From positions 186,001-250,000 of the forward strand of contig CP075496.1 of NCBI GenBank assembly GCA_021613535.1: 64,000 nucleotides of DNA, written 5' to 3'. A program made the translations under genes and the position numbers. The stretch is from Adineta vaga. Lineage: Eukaryota; Animalia; Rotifera. Each line of letters starts with the position of its first letter. The stretch's first letter is position 1. This document shows, piece after piece, positions 25,806 through 37,826 of the stretch. The notes beneath the pieces were generated by a model, which saw only the letters and a list, made by a program, of their open reading frames with translations, did no database searches and had not been told where the DNA came from.

Positions 25806-26924
25806 ATGTCCAGCTCAATCGCTGCTTTCGTTGCAAATTTAAGTGCCGTCTCGTTCTGGATGAATCGTGTGGTTCCACCTCTTCAGATCATTTTCGGAAC
25901 CTTTGGAAATTTACTGAATATTATTATATTCACTCGTCGTTCTTTGCGTATCAATCCATGTTCTACATATTTTCTATTCGGTTCAGTAAACAACTTCTTT
26001 GCTATTTATGTAGCTTTACTGACCCGTTATCTTTCCACTAGTTGGAATTTAGATCCATCGGCGAGAAACACTGTTTTATGTAAACTACGTATATTTTTCG
26101 TATATGTTTCTGTTTGTCTCGTATTATGGCTTACCGTTTTAGCTAGTTTTGATCGATTTCTTTCAAGTTCCTATAATGCGGGACTTCGTCGGTTGAGTAG
26201 GTTACCAATTGCTCGAAAGATTATTGTATGTATTACTATACTTATTCTTTTAATTCATGTGCATATCCTAGTTTTCTATGAGTCTCGCCGAAACAGCTGT
26301 AGTGCCTTTTCATCTGAATACAATATTTTCTTCGACTTCTTTTTTCTTATTGTTTCCTGTTTTTTGCCAATCATACTAATGGTTATCTTCGGTATATTGA
26401 TGCTTATCAACGTTCGCAATAGTCGCAGTCGCGTCGTTTTGCAGAACAATAATGCACAAAATACACGTTTGCGATCAAGTGATCGTCAAATGATTGCAAT
26501 GCTTTTATTTCAAGTGCTGACCACCACTCTGTTTTCGGTTCCCTATGCTGCTATCAATCTATACGATACAGTGGTTATAACCATGCTTCAATACAGACTT
26601 TCAACATCTGGACAGGCTATTTATAATGTTGCATCGAATCTTTTTCGATTACTTTACTATACCAATCCTGTTGCCGGATTTTATATTTATACTTTGACTG
26701 GTCCCAAATTTCGAAAAGAAATGACAAGTTGTATTCGATATGGATTAAAATTTGTTCTAAGAGCAACCCATCTGCAAGGATGTCTACCATTGAGAATTCA
26801 ACAAGCATTATTTGTTGAGACTCAAATCGGTATTATGGATGAGTCGTTAACATTAGCTAGAAGACGAAATACTGTTCATCCTATTCAACATCGAAATCCA
26901 ATGAACAGAACATCTATTATATAG
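25806..26924 (+). CDS. Rhodopsin-like (class A) 7TM GPCR, intronless
   Basis: Seven hydrophobic segments; GxxGN in TM1, CK at the start of TM3, ASFDRF (DRY-like), FYIYTLxxxxFR after TM7. Confidence 0.9.
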   Translation: MSSSIAAFVANLSAVSFWMNRVVPPLQIIFGTFGNLLNIIIFTRRSLRINPCSTYFLFGSVNNFFAIYVALLTRYLSTSWNLDPSARNTVLCKLRIFFVYVSVCLVLWLTVLASFDRFLSSSYNAGLRRLSRLPIARKIIVCITILILLIHVHILVFYESRRNSCSAFSSEYNIFFDFFFLIVSCFLPIILMVIFGILMLINVRNSRSRVVLQNNNAQNTRLRSSDRQMIAMLLFQVLTTTLFSVPYAAINLYDTVVITMLQYRLSTSGQAIYNVASNLFRLLYYTNPVAGFYIYTLTGPKFRKEMTSCIRYGLKFVLRATHLQGCLPLRIQQALFVETQIGIMDESLTLARRRNTVHPIQHRNPMNRTSII

Positions 26925-27317
26925 ACAAATGAAAATCACATTGCCGTTTCTTTTAATAAATCATCAGGCAGAGAAATCGGATCATTATACCGAATGAACC
27001 ATTCTTTTGCTTCGAGGATCCACAACTCTAACAATGAATTATATGATTTCTCTGCTTCTCTTCTATTGTTTTTTCGTCATTCAGTGATTATTCGTCAGCG
27101 ATCCTTCCTCTTCTTTTTTTTAACAGCGCTTGTAATCTTTACTTTATTCAATCAATAAATGTCCTAACATGCAATAATGAATATAATCTGCTATCTTGTA
27201 ATTATATGGTCGACTATAACAGAACGATCATTCATGTATACAAAATCTTAATGGATTTATTCCTTTGAAATAGATAAAAAAAACAATTATATATATAAGA
27301 CAGAAAAATAAAAATAT

Positions 27318-27386
27318 CTTGAGGGTGTGGGTGTGCGTGTGACAACGGTTATTGATTTATACCGCATCCACCCACATCCACACTCG
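27318..27386. repeat. Telomere-like palindromic element
   Basis: CTTGAGGGTGTGGGTGTGCGTGT...CATCCACCCACATCCACACTCG. Confidence 0.8.
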
Positions 27387-27557
27387 ATGGTTTAAAATAG
27401 CTTATCCATGTTAGAATACTAATATAATTTTACAGTTCGGCTCTTTTTAAAATATGTGTATGCGCCTTTCATACTGCGGAATATTTCTATATGATATTCA
27501 ACCTTAACAGTGGTTGTAGTAAGCGACATATTGAGAACAGCTCGGTTAAATGAAGCC

Positions 27558-27605
27558 AGGGTGTGGGTGGGTATCTCTTCTTACACCACACACCCACACC
27601 CTCAA
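27558..27605. repeat. Telomere-like palindromic element
   Basis: AGGGTGTGGGTGGGT...ACCACACACCCACACCCTCAA. Confidence 0.8.
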
Positions 27606-27734
27606 AACGGTTAAAGAGATCTGACATAAGTCTTGTACCTTTTTTGTCGATTACTTCGACTGCAGTTTTTTTTATCAATTTTTCACTAAATCCTATACTG
27701 AGAACTTGTAAATGATTCCAATGTCAGATATAAC

Positions 27735-27899
27735 CAAGGGGGAGAAAGCGATACTCCGTACTCCTATACTCCAGCTATACTCTATCCTACTCCACTCGTA
27801 CTCCAACATATTTTGTAAAACTGGAATATCGACTGTTTGCTCTTTGTAGAGTAGAGATAAAGTATAGTGGAGTATTGGAGTAGCGCTTTTCCCCCCTAG
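27735..27899. mobile_element. hAT-type MITE, 165 bp
   Basis: About 30-bp imperfect TIRs (CAAGGGGGAGAAAGCGATACTCC / GGAGTAGCGCTTTTCCCCCCTAG), internal TACTCC repeats, exact 8-bp TSD GATATAAC at 27727-27734 and 27900-27907. Confidence 0.8.
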
Positions 27900-27989
27900 G
27901 ATATAACCCACGAACACCGACCAATTGGTTAGTTTCTATCACTATTTTAAAAAGAGATATACATTGAGATATCTATCTTGGAGAGAAAG

Positions 27990-28423
27990 CTAAAAAACAA
28001 CGGTGGAACTGATTAGATAGAACTGGCAACAGATTCAAATTCATTATTATCGATAATTTTTGATGGAACTTGAACAAACGCTCATGAAACATAAAGTTTT
28101 CTGGGCGAAAAGGATCAAAATAGATTTCAGATAATGATTCACCAAAAACTAGTATCGGATTCGAGATCTTCGATTCTGAAAACCTTTTCGCCAACGCTTA
28201 TGCGGTAGTATAGTTTATAATCAGTAAAGTAATTGATTAGTTAATTAATTAGTTAGAATTTCGAAAAACTAACATCATATTCGTGATCCTTGACCTCGAA
28301 AACCATTTGGTCAAGTTTTATTATGATTATTGAAAAATCGAATTATATGACCTTTTGACCCTGACAGATACAGACACACAAACTATTTTTTTTCATATGA
28401 CCCTCCTTTCAGTCGGGGGAATA
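27990..28423 (-). mobile_element. Putative non-autonomous Helentron-like (HINE/DINE-1-type) element
   Basis: The minus strand begins ATTATCCCCCGACTGAAAGGAGGGTCATA, then a TGTGTCTGTATCTGTC tract and GGTCAAAAGGTCA/GAGGTCAAGG motifs; left boundary uncertain. Confidence 0.4.
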
Positions 28424-28788
28424 ATATTCAGATGCATGAGAAAACCCAATAATCAAAACATTAATCTTTTTCTTAAACTGATTGACCGTCTTCAAATATT
28501 CGAAAAGTTTCAATTGAATTCAAGTTTCAAGTTTGACACTAATGTGAATGACATGCTCTATACTTTCTAAATAAATAGTACATTTTGCGAACATTCTTTG
28601 TAACGTTCAAATTGACATTTATATTGCTTAATTTTTCTTTCCTATCTCCAACAATTAGAAAGTGAAATAATTTAAATTATTAACGTCGAAATAAACACAA
28701 TTACTTCACAGAAAAGAAATTAAATCTATTACAATATAAAGATATAATATTCTCAGTTTTTCTTTTATTTTCTATTAAACAGAAATAC

Positions 28789-31700
28789 ATGTCGATGAAT
28801 CTGGTGAATAAATTCCGTGATTTGATAAAAAATCTTAATCTTTATGATGAAAATCAAAAATTATCTCTTATCGATCAATTACTTTCAACAAAAATCTTCA
28901 TCTGTTTATTATTATTTTCTCTCACGATAATTATTCTATTTACAAGTTTTACTGCTCAAATACATATTGTTACTGTCGATTCGCCATCCGAAGACTTTTT
29001 CAAACAACTTTCGATGAAATATTCTCAAACACTTTCATGTTTATGTCAACAAACTTCAATTAATCAAGGTGAAATTGTTTCATTTCATCCTCAATATCAT
29101 CCAATATGTTCAAGTCAATTTATAAATCAAACATTTCTCTCATCATTAACTGATATTAATGTTAGCGAATATTGGCCAATTGATTATCGTCTTTTAGTTT
29201 CATCCCATATTGAATTTCTGCAAATATTTTGTCGAATGACTAAAGAAAAGGTCACCGATGTTTTACAAGAATTCTCTTCTCGATATTTAATTACATCTCA
29301 AATTTTATCTTATAACGCTTTTCAAACTCAAATGTCAACAATTGTTAAACAACTCCAACAAAATACAATGGCTAAACATAAACATATCAACGATTTTATT
29401 TGGTTTAGTATTTTTTATAATGGACTTTATTCAGGTTTACGCAGTAATTTGAATATGGTGATACAATCAGTTAATAAATCGATTTCACCAATTAAATATG
29501 CAAATGGATTGAACAATTGTGATTGTAAAAGAAATGATACATGTATATATCCTGCTTATATTCTTAATGTTGTAGAACGAATAGTACCCAATGATGGTTC
29601 AAGTGCGTTATTTATTTTACCAAATATAAGCGTTAGTTGTTTTCCATATAAATCATTATTAAATTCAACTTTGGAATGTTTTTATGATCAATCATGTTTA
29701 AATTCTCTTCAAAAATATATTCCATCATTTTCTTTAGTTTCCCCATTGAAAGAATCTCAATATCCTTCGGAAACATTAATAAATGATATATTAAATAATT
29801 TATTTCTTGAATTATGGAATGAAGAATATAATTTTAGTCGATATTATGAAATATGTTCTCCGAAATTATGTACATATTTATATTATCAATCATTTAATAT
29901 CGTATACATGATTGTAACGGTAATTAGTCTTTTTGGTGGATTAAAAATCGTTTTATTTATGTTAATACCATTTCTTGTTCAATTCATACGAAAAATTCAT
30001 ATGTTAATTTATCATAGAAATCAAATACCAAATATTCAAATAAATGAAAATCAAAGTAAAAAAAAAATTTTGATTTTTATTTGTTATTTTTCTTCATTTT
30101 ATAGATTTGAATTTGAAACAACGTATTAGAAAAATTCAAAGAAATCTTCGTCAACAAATCTTAGTATATAATATGTTTCCATTATCAAATGATATTAAAG
30201 ATGGAATCTATGCAACACGTTTTTATATTTTATGTTTAATTCTTGGTTTAGTTATTTTAATATTTTATTCATCAATTTCAACACAAATTCGTTCAATAAC
30301 TATACAAAAACCATCATTTGAGATTTATAAACAATTATTTGAACAATATCCATCAACATTGACTTGTCCATGTTCACATCTATCAATAAAATATTCTTCA
30401 ATAATAAATATAACTACAACTTTTCATCAAATATGTTTAAGTGATTTTATTAAAGATGATATGTGGTTACTTTACAGTATGAATCTTAAGGGATCTTACT
30501 CTGGATATGATTTTCGTGTCTCAGGTATATCTCCATTTCGTATCCTTCAAAAATTGTGTCTCTTATCGAATGAAACGATAACAAATGAACTTACTGTATT
30601 TAATAATTTAGAATTATTTACCATTCAAGTTTTGACAGATGAAGTATTTAATGAACAAATATATTCGATTATTGATCAATTCAGACAACAAGTATGTACT
30701 CTAGTATGAAGTTTGAAAGTTGAATTGAACTAAATATCTATTAAAATATAATTACATTGAGAAGTCAAAAACTTCAAGATGAAAACAATAGAAAAAGATA
30801 AATTGATTTTGAATTTTTTTAGACGATTGCTTCTTTTTACGATCTATTTCAAATTGTTCAAACTTCTATTCAAGTTAATCAATTCGCAATTCTAGAAAAT
30901 ATCGATACTGATACAGCATTGCTAGAAGGTACTGACTATGTCAGAGTCATTTTTGATTTCATAAATGTTTATGAAAATAATTGTTCATGTGCTCTCAATG
31001 GATTATGTCAACGTAGTCTAGGATTCTATTGTTGGGATTCTCCTTGTCCCGAAAATGCAATTGCAAACCGTTTCATTGTGCCTGATTGGTTTATAAGTTG
31101 TTCAACTATCGATTCACTTTTAATATCTGCACTAACATGTTTCTACAATTCATCATGTATTCAAATGTTAATTGATGGTTTTCCTTTAGGAAACTCTAAT
31201 AATAGAATAGATCCACGTGCAGCTAATGTTACACCATTAAATCCAATGATACAAAGTCGTTTTACACCTTTAACTAAATTAGATAAAATAATATCTGAAT
31301 TATTTATTGAACAATGGATCCATTCAATTAGTTTTAAGAAATATTTTCAAGAATGTTCACCAAATGAATGTATTTATACTTATGAAGAAAATTTCAATAT
31401 AAGTTATATTATTACAACAATAGCTGGAATTATTGGTGGATTATCTGTTGCACTTCGAATATTAGTTCCTCTGTCTGTCAAATTGATTCGACGAATCTTT
31501 CGTTCTTGTTACACATCAAATGAACAAAATATAACAGGAAGATTTTCAATTTTTATCATTCAAATTCGAAATAAATTTCAACAAATGAACTTTTATCGTC
31601 ATCATAAAAGAACAAATCAAACGATAACAACACATTTAGAAACAAATAATGATATTGTATTAATTAAACAACAACGTATTGCAACTCGAGTTTATATTAT

Positions 31701-32850
31701 TTTATTTTTAATTTCTATTGGAATTATTTTAATTTTTCTTACTTTTAATTCTCAAATAAATTCAATAACAATATCTTCACCAAGTTTATCAACATTTGAA
31801 GAATTATATAACAAATATTCATCAACATTAATATGTCCATGTTCTAATATTGCCATATCATATTCAACATTTGTTTCAATTCAGCCATTAACTTATTATC
31901 AAATTTGTTCAAGTGATTTAATTTCATTAGATTTTATTACATCACTTTGGGGTATGGAAACTCGAGAGGAGTATGCATTTAATTACGATAGAAAAATTCT
32001 AAGTGGTTTATTTCGTGTTTTATCAGCATTTTGCAAACTTACAAAAAATACCATCGAACAAAACATGAAAGTATTTTCAACAAAACAAATTATCACTCTG
32101 AAAACATTAATACGTGATTCATTTGAAAGTCAAATTGATTCAATTATTGACAATTTCATTGTTCAAACATTGGCTCAGTTTCAATGGATTCATCATTATA
32201 TCATTGATATGTTTCATGGAAATCAATTGGTACATAAATTTAATTTAAATTGGAAATTATTTTTATCAAATTCAGAAATGAACTATGCCGTAAGAACTGT
32301 TCCTGTATGGTTTAATGAAAGTGGCAAATCTTGTCTATGTACAACATCATCATCACAATGTTTTAGATCCTTATTAGAAACTAATGAATACATCATACAA
32401 ATACCGGGTATTATTTTTGGTTGTCTACCTATTGATGGTCTTCGGCAGTCGACACTTGGATGCTTTTACGATTCAACATGTTTCAATGAAGTTGTTGACT
32501 TTTTTAATATGAACGATTTTCGAAATGGTCATAATCAATCTTTACCAAGTGATTTTAATCTAAACTCATCTGTAACAATTGGTAAACTAATTGATGAATT
32601 ATTTGTTAAAACATGGCAAAATTCCAGTAATTATTCAAATTATTATTTATCTTGTTCTCCATTATCATGTCAATATAGTTATGTGACAAGAAACAGTATA
32701 ATATATATTATAACAAAATTTCTTGGTTTATATGGTGGATTAACTGTTGGATTGAAATTATTTGTTTGGCATGGTTTGAATACTTATTGGAAAATACGTC
32801 AATACGTTATTGATCGTCATCAACAAAATCAAGTTGTACCAGTGACTTGA
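28789..32850 (+). CDS. Uncharacterised 6-TM protein of three tandem [TM - Cys-rich ectodomain - TM] units
   Basis: ORFs 28789, 30107 and 30919 are joined by introns; each unit has TM1, LxCxC, HxICSS/ICLS, (D)FR/YR, CxC, STLxCFYDxxC, LFxExW, CSPxxCxYxY and GGL-TM2. Confidence 0.8.
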
Positions 32851-33573
32851 AACTGATTATGAGATGAAAAGAACACTTTTCTATACGGACAGTTTTTATT
32901 CATTATGTTTGTATCAATGTTGTTTTGTAAATCAATAATTATTAAGTAAATCCATTGAGACCTAATCTTTTTTGTTTTGGAAAAAAAACATTTACACCCT
33001 TTTAGTTAAATGTTTTCTATATCAAATATGACAATGACTCATTGCAATGTAAGAATAAAATTCGACAACAACTCATCTTACCCACACTATTAGATATATT
33101 CTGTTTCTTTTACGTAGATATTAAATCCGTTGTAGACCGAAATAGAATTTACGATACATTTTAGAAATGACGTTGACGAAAAAACTGAAACAATTAGTAT
33201 TAGACAGATAAATGAGTCTATCATAAATTTTTTTTCTTTTTATTACAATTATATTTCTAGAAAGTGGTTTTATCTTAACAGTATATTTCTCTTTTCTTTT
33301 GATATCTTATTATGAATTCAATATGAAGGAAGTATATTATTATTATTTATAATAATTTCATAACTCATTTGATCTATACATGATAATTCTTGCAAATCAA
33401 ATGTAATATAATCAATTAAATGAGAATTGCACTTTACATCATTCTTATTTCTTTTTTTACAAAATAATATCTATTTAGATTGCTTTTAAAATCGTCACTC
33501 AAAATTTCTTTTTTCTATATCTTGTTCCTTGAACATTTGAGTAGTAGAAAGAATACATATATATTCTTATACG

Positions 33574-34533
33574 ATGTCAACTTTAAGTGATTCTTTATCA
33601 ATAATCCTAAGTTATTTCTGTATAATATTGGGTAGTTTAATGTTGGTTATAGGTACCATAGCTACCCTTTTAGGTGTCATTATATTTTCTCGAAAAACTA
33701 TGCGACAAAATCCTGGTTGTATTTATTTCATGACATATTATATAATTAATTTCATAATGTTATATGTTTTTTTATTTCCTAGTATAATAATCTATCTAGG
33801 AATAAATCCATCACTTTATAATATTTCTTATTGTAAAATTTTTCTTTTTTTACAAATAATAACTACAATAATTTCACCATATTATCTTGTATTAGCTTCA
33901 ATCGATCGAGCTTTTATTTCATCAAGAAAAGTATCAAAACGACAACTTAGTACTCATCGTTTCGCTTATTGGTCAATTTTTATTATAACTCTCTTTTTTA
34001 TCCTTCTTTATTTTCATCTAATTATAATTATTAATATTTATCAGATCTATCCAAATTATCCACTTTGTTATTATCCTCCGGGTATTTATCGAGTTTTCAT
34101 TGGTATTATTAATCTTATTATCAAAGGATTACTTCCCTCATTTCTTTTAATTATATTTGGCTTAATTACATTTCATAATATTCATCAACGAGTTATACAA
34201 CCTATACGAAATGCAATTAATATTCATCGTTCAAAGGATCGACAATTAATAATTATCCTTCTCGTGGAAATTTTCACATATGTTCCTTTAGCAATTCTAT
34301 CAAATCTATTTACTCTTTATCGACAATGTACACAATATCAATCAAAATCTGCTGATTTACAAGCAATTGAATATTTCACAATTAATCTTTTTTATTTATT
34401 TTATTTTATACCGATAAGTATTAATTTTTATATTTATTTATTTGTATCAAAAAGTTTTCGCAAAAAAACATATGAAATATTATTTCAATTCTGGCGTCGT
34501 GATCAACTTCAAGTGTTTCCTATTAATAATTAA
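33574..34533 (+). CDS. Rhodopsin-like 7TM GPCR, intronless
   Basis: Seven TM segments; YCK, LASIDRA, NFYIYLxxSKSFR. Confidence 0.88.
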   Translation: MSTLSDSLSIILSYFCIILGSLMLVIGTIATLLGVIIFSRKTMRQNPGCIYFMTYYIINFIMLYVFLFPSIIIYLGINPSLYNISYCKIFLFLQIITTIISPYYLVLASIDRAFISSRKVSKRQLSTHRFAYWSIFIITLFFILLYFHLIIIINIYQIYPNYPLCYYPPGIYRVFIGIINLIIKGLLPSFLLIIFGLITFHNIHQRVIQPIRNAINIHRSKDRQLIIILLVEIFTYVPLAILSNLFTLYRQCTQYQSKSADLQAIEYFTINLFYLFYFIPISINFYIYLFVSKSFRKKTYEILFQFWRRDQLQVFPINN

Positions 34534-34583
34534 CAAGAAATATCGAACCGTATAAAAATGACAATAATATTATATTTGATCTT

Positions 34584-34829
34584 TCAGAAATTATTAGCAC
34601 AAAAACCTGTACACATAGCGATACTTGGAGTTCCTGCATAAAGTGTTACACCCCAACATAATGCTCGTACTGCAGGGTGAGGCACACATCTGCAAAATGC
34701 TTCCATAGCTGTTATACCAGCCCGACAGGCAGCTGCGCATTGTGCGTATGAAGCGGCATTGACATTTAGAATATTACTTGATCCCAATAACACTATGAAC
34801 ACGATTAAAAGAAATAATACTCGAGACAT
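34584..34829 (-). CDS. Small secreted cysteine-rich peptide (81 aa)
   Basis: MSRVLFLLIVFIVLLGSS signal peptide; mature part CAAACRAG..MEAFCRCVPHPAVRALCWG..MCTGFCANNF; TATA-like tract upstream. Confidence 0.7.
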   Translation of the reverse strand: MSRVLFLLIVFIVLLGSSNILNVNAASYAQCAAACRAGITAMEAFCRCVPHPAVRALCWGVTLYAGTPSIAMCTGFCANNF

Positions 34830-35664
34830 TGACCAGTGAAGTGTTTTCTTTGTTTTGGACGCTAATAATCGTAAATAATAAGAAAGAAATGCGTAAAATG
34901 TTATTACGAACAAAACTCATGCCTTTAATATATATAAGAGTATAAAACAGCTACCTTTTCTTTTGCGTCTTCTTCCGCGTAATGATTCATAAGAGAAAAA
35001 TAAACAGTTGGTTTTTTCTTTAAGAGTGTGTAAATAACGATAAGATTGTTATAGTGAGTTTTTTTCATTTACGTTATACTTGGAAGAAACCTCAATGAAA
35101 TTCATTTTCAAATTATCTAATATGATTGACAAAGATTCAATAAGTACAATAATACGACTTGTCATAAATCATTATGTGAAACTGATACAAACTATATCAT
35201 ATTAATTCTTTTTGAATCATAGAATATAAGAAATTATATTCCAGGACGTGTATTTCACAATATTTGATATCTGAATACTTTTTGAATAATGAAATAAAAT
35301 CAAACTTGGAAATTTCATAGAAAAGTACTGAATCTTCGCATAAATTATTTAACGTATTTTCTGTCTGCATATGCGACGATAATCAATACTGCGAAAAATG
35401 ATATTAAATTATCCAATATCACAAGTAAGGTTCATCCTCTGGATAAGCTGAGCCTTTTCATAAAAGATTATAACAGTGCTTATAATGTTTCGAAAATTCG
35501 AATAATAAGAAACCCCATGCAAACCTTGTTAGAATTTTCTATTTAAACAATACTTCTACAACAAAATTCTCAATAACAATCAAATTTTTTACGCATAACA
35601 AAAAAGTTAATTCCAGTCTCTTAATAATTATAACAAGTTATGGATCGAAACTGCTGCCGATCCT

Positions 35665-35731
35665 TTGCGGGTGTGGGTGGGTGTGGGTGAAGGTCAAGAG
35701 AATATACTTTCACCTACACCCACACCCTCAA
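35665..35731. repeat. Telomere-like palindromic element
   Basis: TTGCGGGTGTGGGTGGGTGTGGGTGAAGG...TTCACCTACACCCACACCCTCAA. Confidence 0.85.
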
Positions 35732-35815
35732 TCAGAGAATGAATTTATTTTAAACTAAAAAATATTCTTAAGAATAACTACAAGCAAGGATGAAAAGCGT
35801 CATTTAAGTTGTTAT

Positions 35816-36285
35816 CTAGCAAGATAAATATCCTAGCGTATAAGAACAGTTGACGGTTTTGCGTACTGCTTGGCTCGCAAGAACTAATGAGACAATGAGT
35901 CCGATATATCCTGCAATACCACTAATTGTGATAAGAATATTGAAGACGAGTGCCAAAGTACTCATTGTTCTTGCACCACTCATATTGTTAGACCGTTTAC
36001 GACTACGACAAATCAAACTGAAGATTAGAGGAAGAATACCAGCGAATATCCAACCGATAAATATGTTGACGATTGGTCATGTTAGCCAGTCACGAATTCG
36101 ATGAATTTCTGGATTTTGATAGGGCTGAACCATAGGAACAACATATACTAGATGATTGTTAGGTGATTGCTGTATGTACTGAACGTGGCCACCTATGGTT
36201 GAACATATGCAAATTGAGGTGCAGGTACATAGTTATTTGGCTGATAAGCGTCTGGTTATTTCGGTTGTGAGGAACTAACATCCAT
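35816..36285 (-). pseudogene. CD225/dispanin (IFITM-like) pseudogene
   Basis: P/Q/Y-rich N-terminus, IRDWLT*PIVNIF..GILPLIFSLICRSRKR..GARTMSTLALVFNI; internal TAA, TAG/frameshift and TGA. Confidence 0.6.
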
Positions 36286-37093
36286 ACTTTATCGGAGAAA
36301 ATAATATTTATGATTATTTAATGTAAAAACAAGTTGTACTTTTTATGACATGTATGTCTGTTTAAATACTCTTTTTGAGCATTTTATTGAAAATATTTAC
36401 TCGGAAGTGTAATTTAACGGAAAACATACACCTCAATTCTTCTCACAAATACATAGACATCGTTCTCCTATGATTTACAATGGTTGATTAGAGTTGTATT
36501 TGCCTATACTCCTGTTTTCATTCTTTTTCATTGAATAATTGAATATACAGTGTGTGACATTTTTAAAATCCTCTCACTCGGGTTGATTCATACAATTTAT
36601 AATCAATGGTAGAGGTGAACCAATTGAGGTAAGATTCGGTTAAAAAGCCTTGATCATACGTAGTGACTAAATGGCAATATTTTAGACATTTTATCATAGA
36701 TATACTTAATATAACTGATAAAAGTATAGTTGTATTATAACTTGAATATTTTTTCTATTCGTTTCCATTAGAGAGACTTAATCAATGTCACATGTGCACA
36801 AGTTTCGGAGCTATCGGGCTTGAGTAGGCTCGATTCGATAAGAAAATTTTGTAATATTGTTTCGTTTTCATGTTCTAACAAATATCCTTTATTTCCAAGC
36901 TTTGTACGCATTTTGTTTACTATTATCTGTTTCCATTTTAGTATTGTTTCGATCTTTCTGATATTGGCATTAATTTTTAGTTATTTATTTTCCAAGCTCT
37001 ACCATTTGATATACATTTTAAACTTCTATTCGAAGTCGACAAAATTCAACTTTTGATCTGATCACTTTTGAAAAACATGAAATAATGTTCAAC

Positions 37094-37126
37094 AGGGTGT
37101 AGGTGTGATTTCTTCACAAGCATCCT
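37094..37126. repeat. Telomere-like palindromic element (short, degenerate)
   Basis: AGGGTGTAGGTGTGA...TCACAAGCATCCT. Confidence 0.5.
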
Positions 37127-37826
37127 ATTGACAGTATCAATTATATTCATACTCGACGTTCATTATATTACTAAAATAATGAACTCTCAGTTCTTACTTA
37201 TTGTTTGTACTCTTTTCCTTCATAAAAAAAAAAGAAAATATAAACAACCAATTATTTCCGTATTTATTTCAATTTTTTTTCTCATTTTTCTGCTTCCTTT
37301 TTAATGTCTGATTTCATTAACAAGGATACTGATATATCATAAGTATAAGAAATAATTAAAAAACAAAACATGATATAATATAATGAGTTTCATATGACGT
37401 CATTTGACAACGCATTTATGGTGTTCTTATTAATTATTTAACGAAAATTTAACATTAACCCTTGGATTTTTATAACTAGATAATAAATAAATTATTTATC
37501 AATCAGTTTATTAATTAAAAAGTGTTCGAAGAGCAAATTCTTTTATAAAATATTATATCATTTTTTTTTCCTAACAAACTTTAGAGACGTCATAGAGTTG
37601 AAAGTGAAATTAACACATCAATGAGCACAATAAATTTTAAAAATTGACGAGAAAAGAACTTCTGACTCTTGATATCTTTCTCTCTCTTCTCACTTACTTC
37701 AAATACATATATTATAAAATATAGTGTGTATAAAATAAATTTTCTAGAAATTCACATTCTCATATAATATAGTACGGTGAAACGCTGACAACGTCGTTCA
37801 TATTACTATTATTTTAAATTATATCA

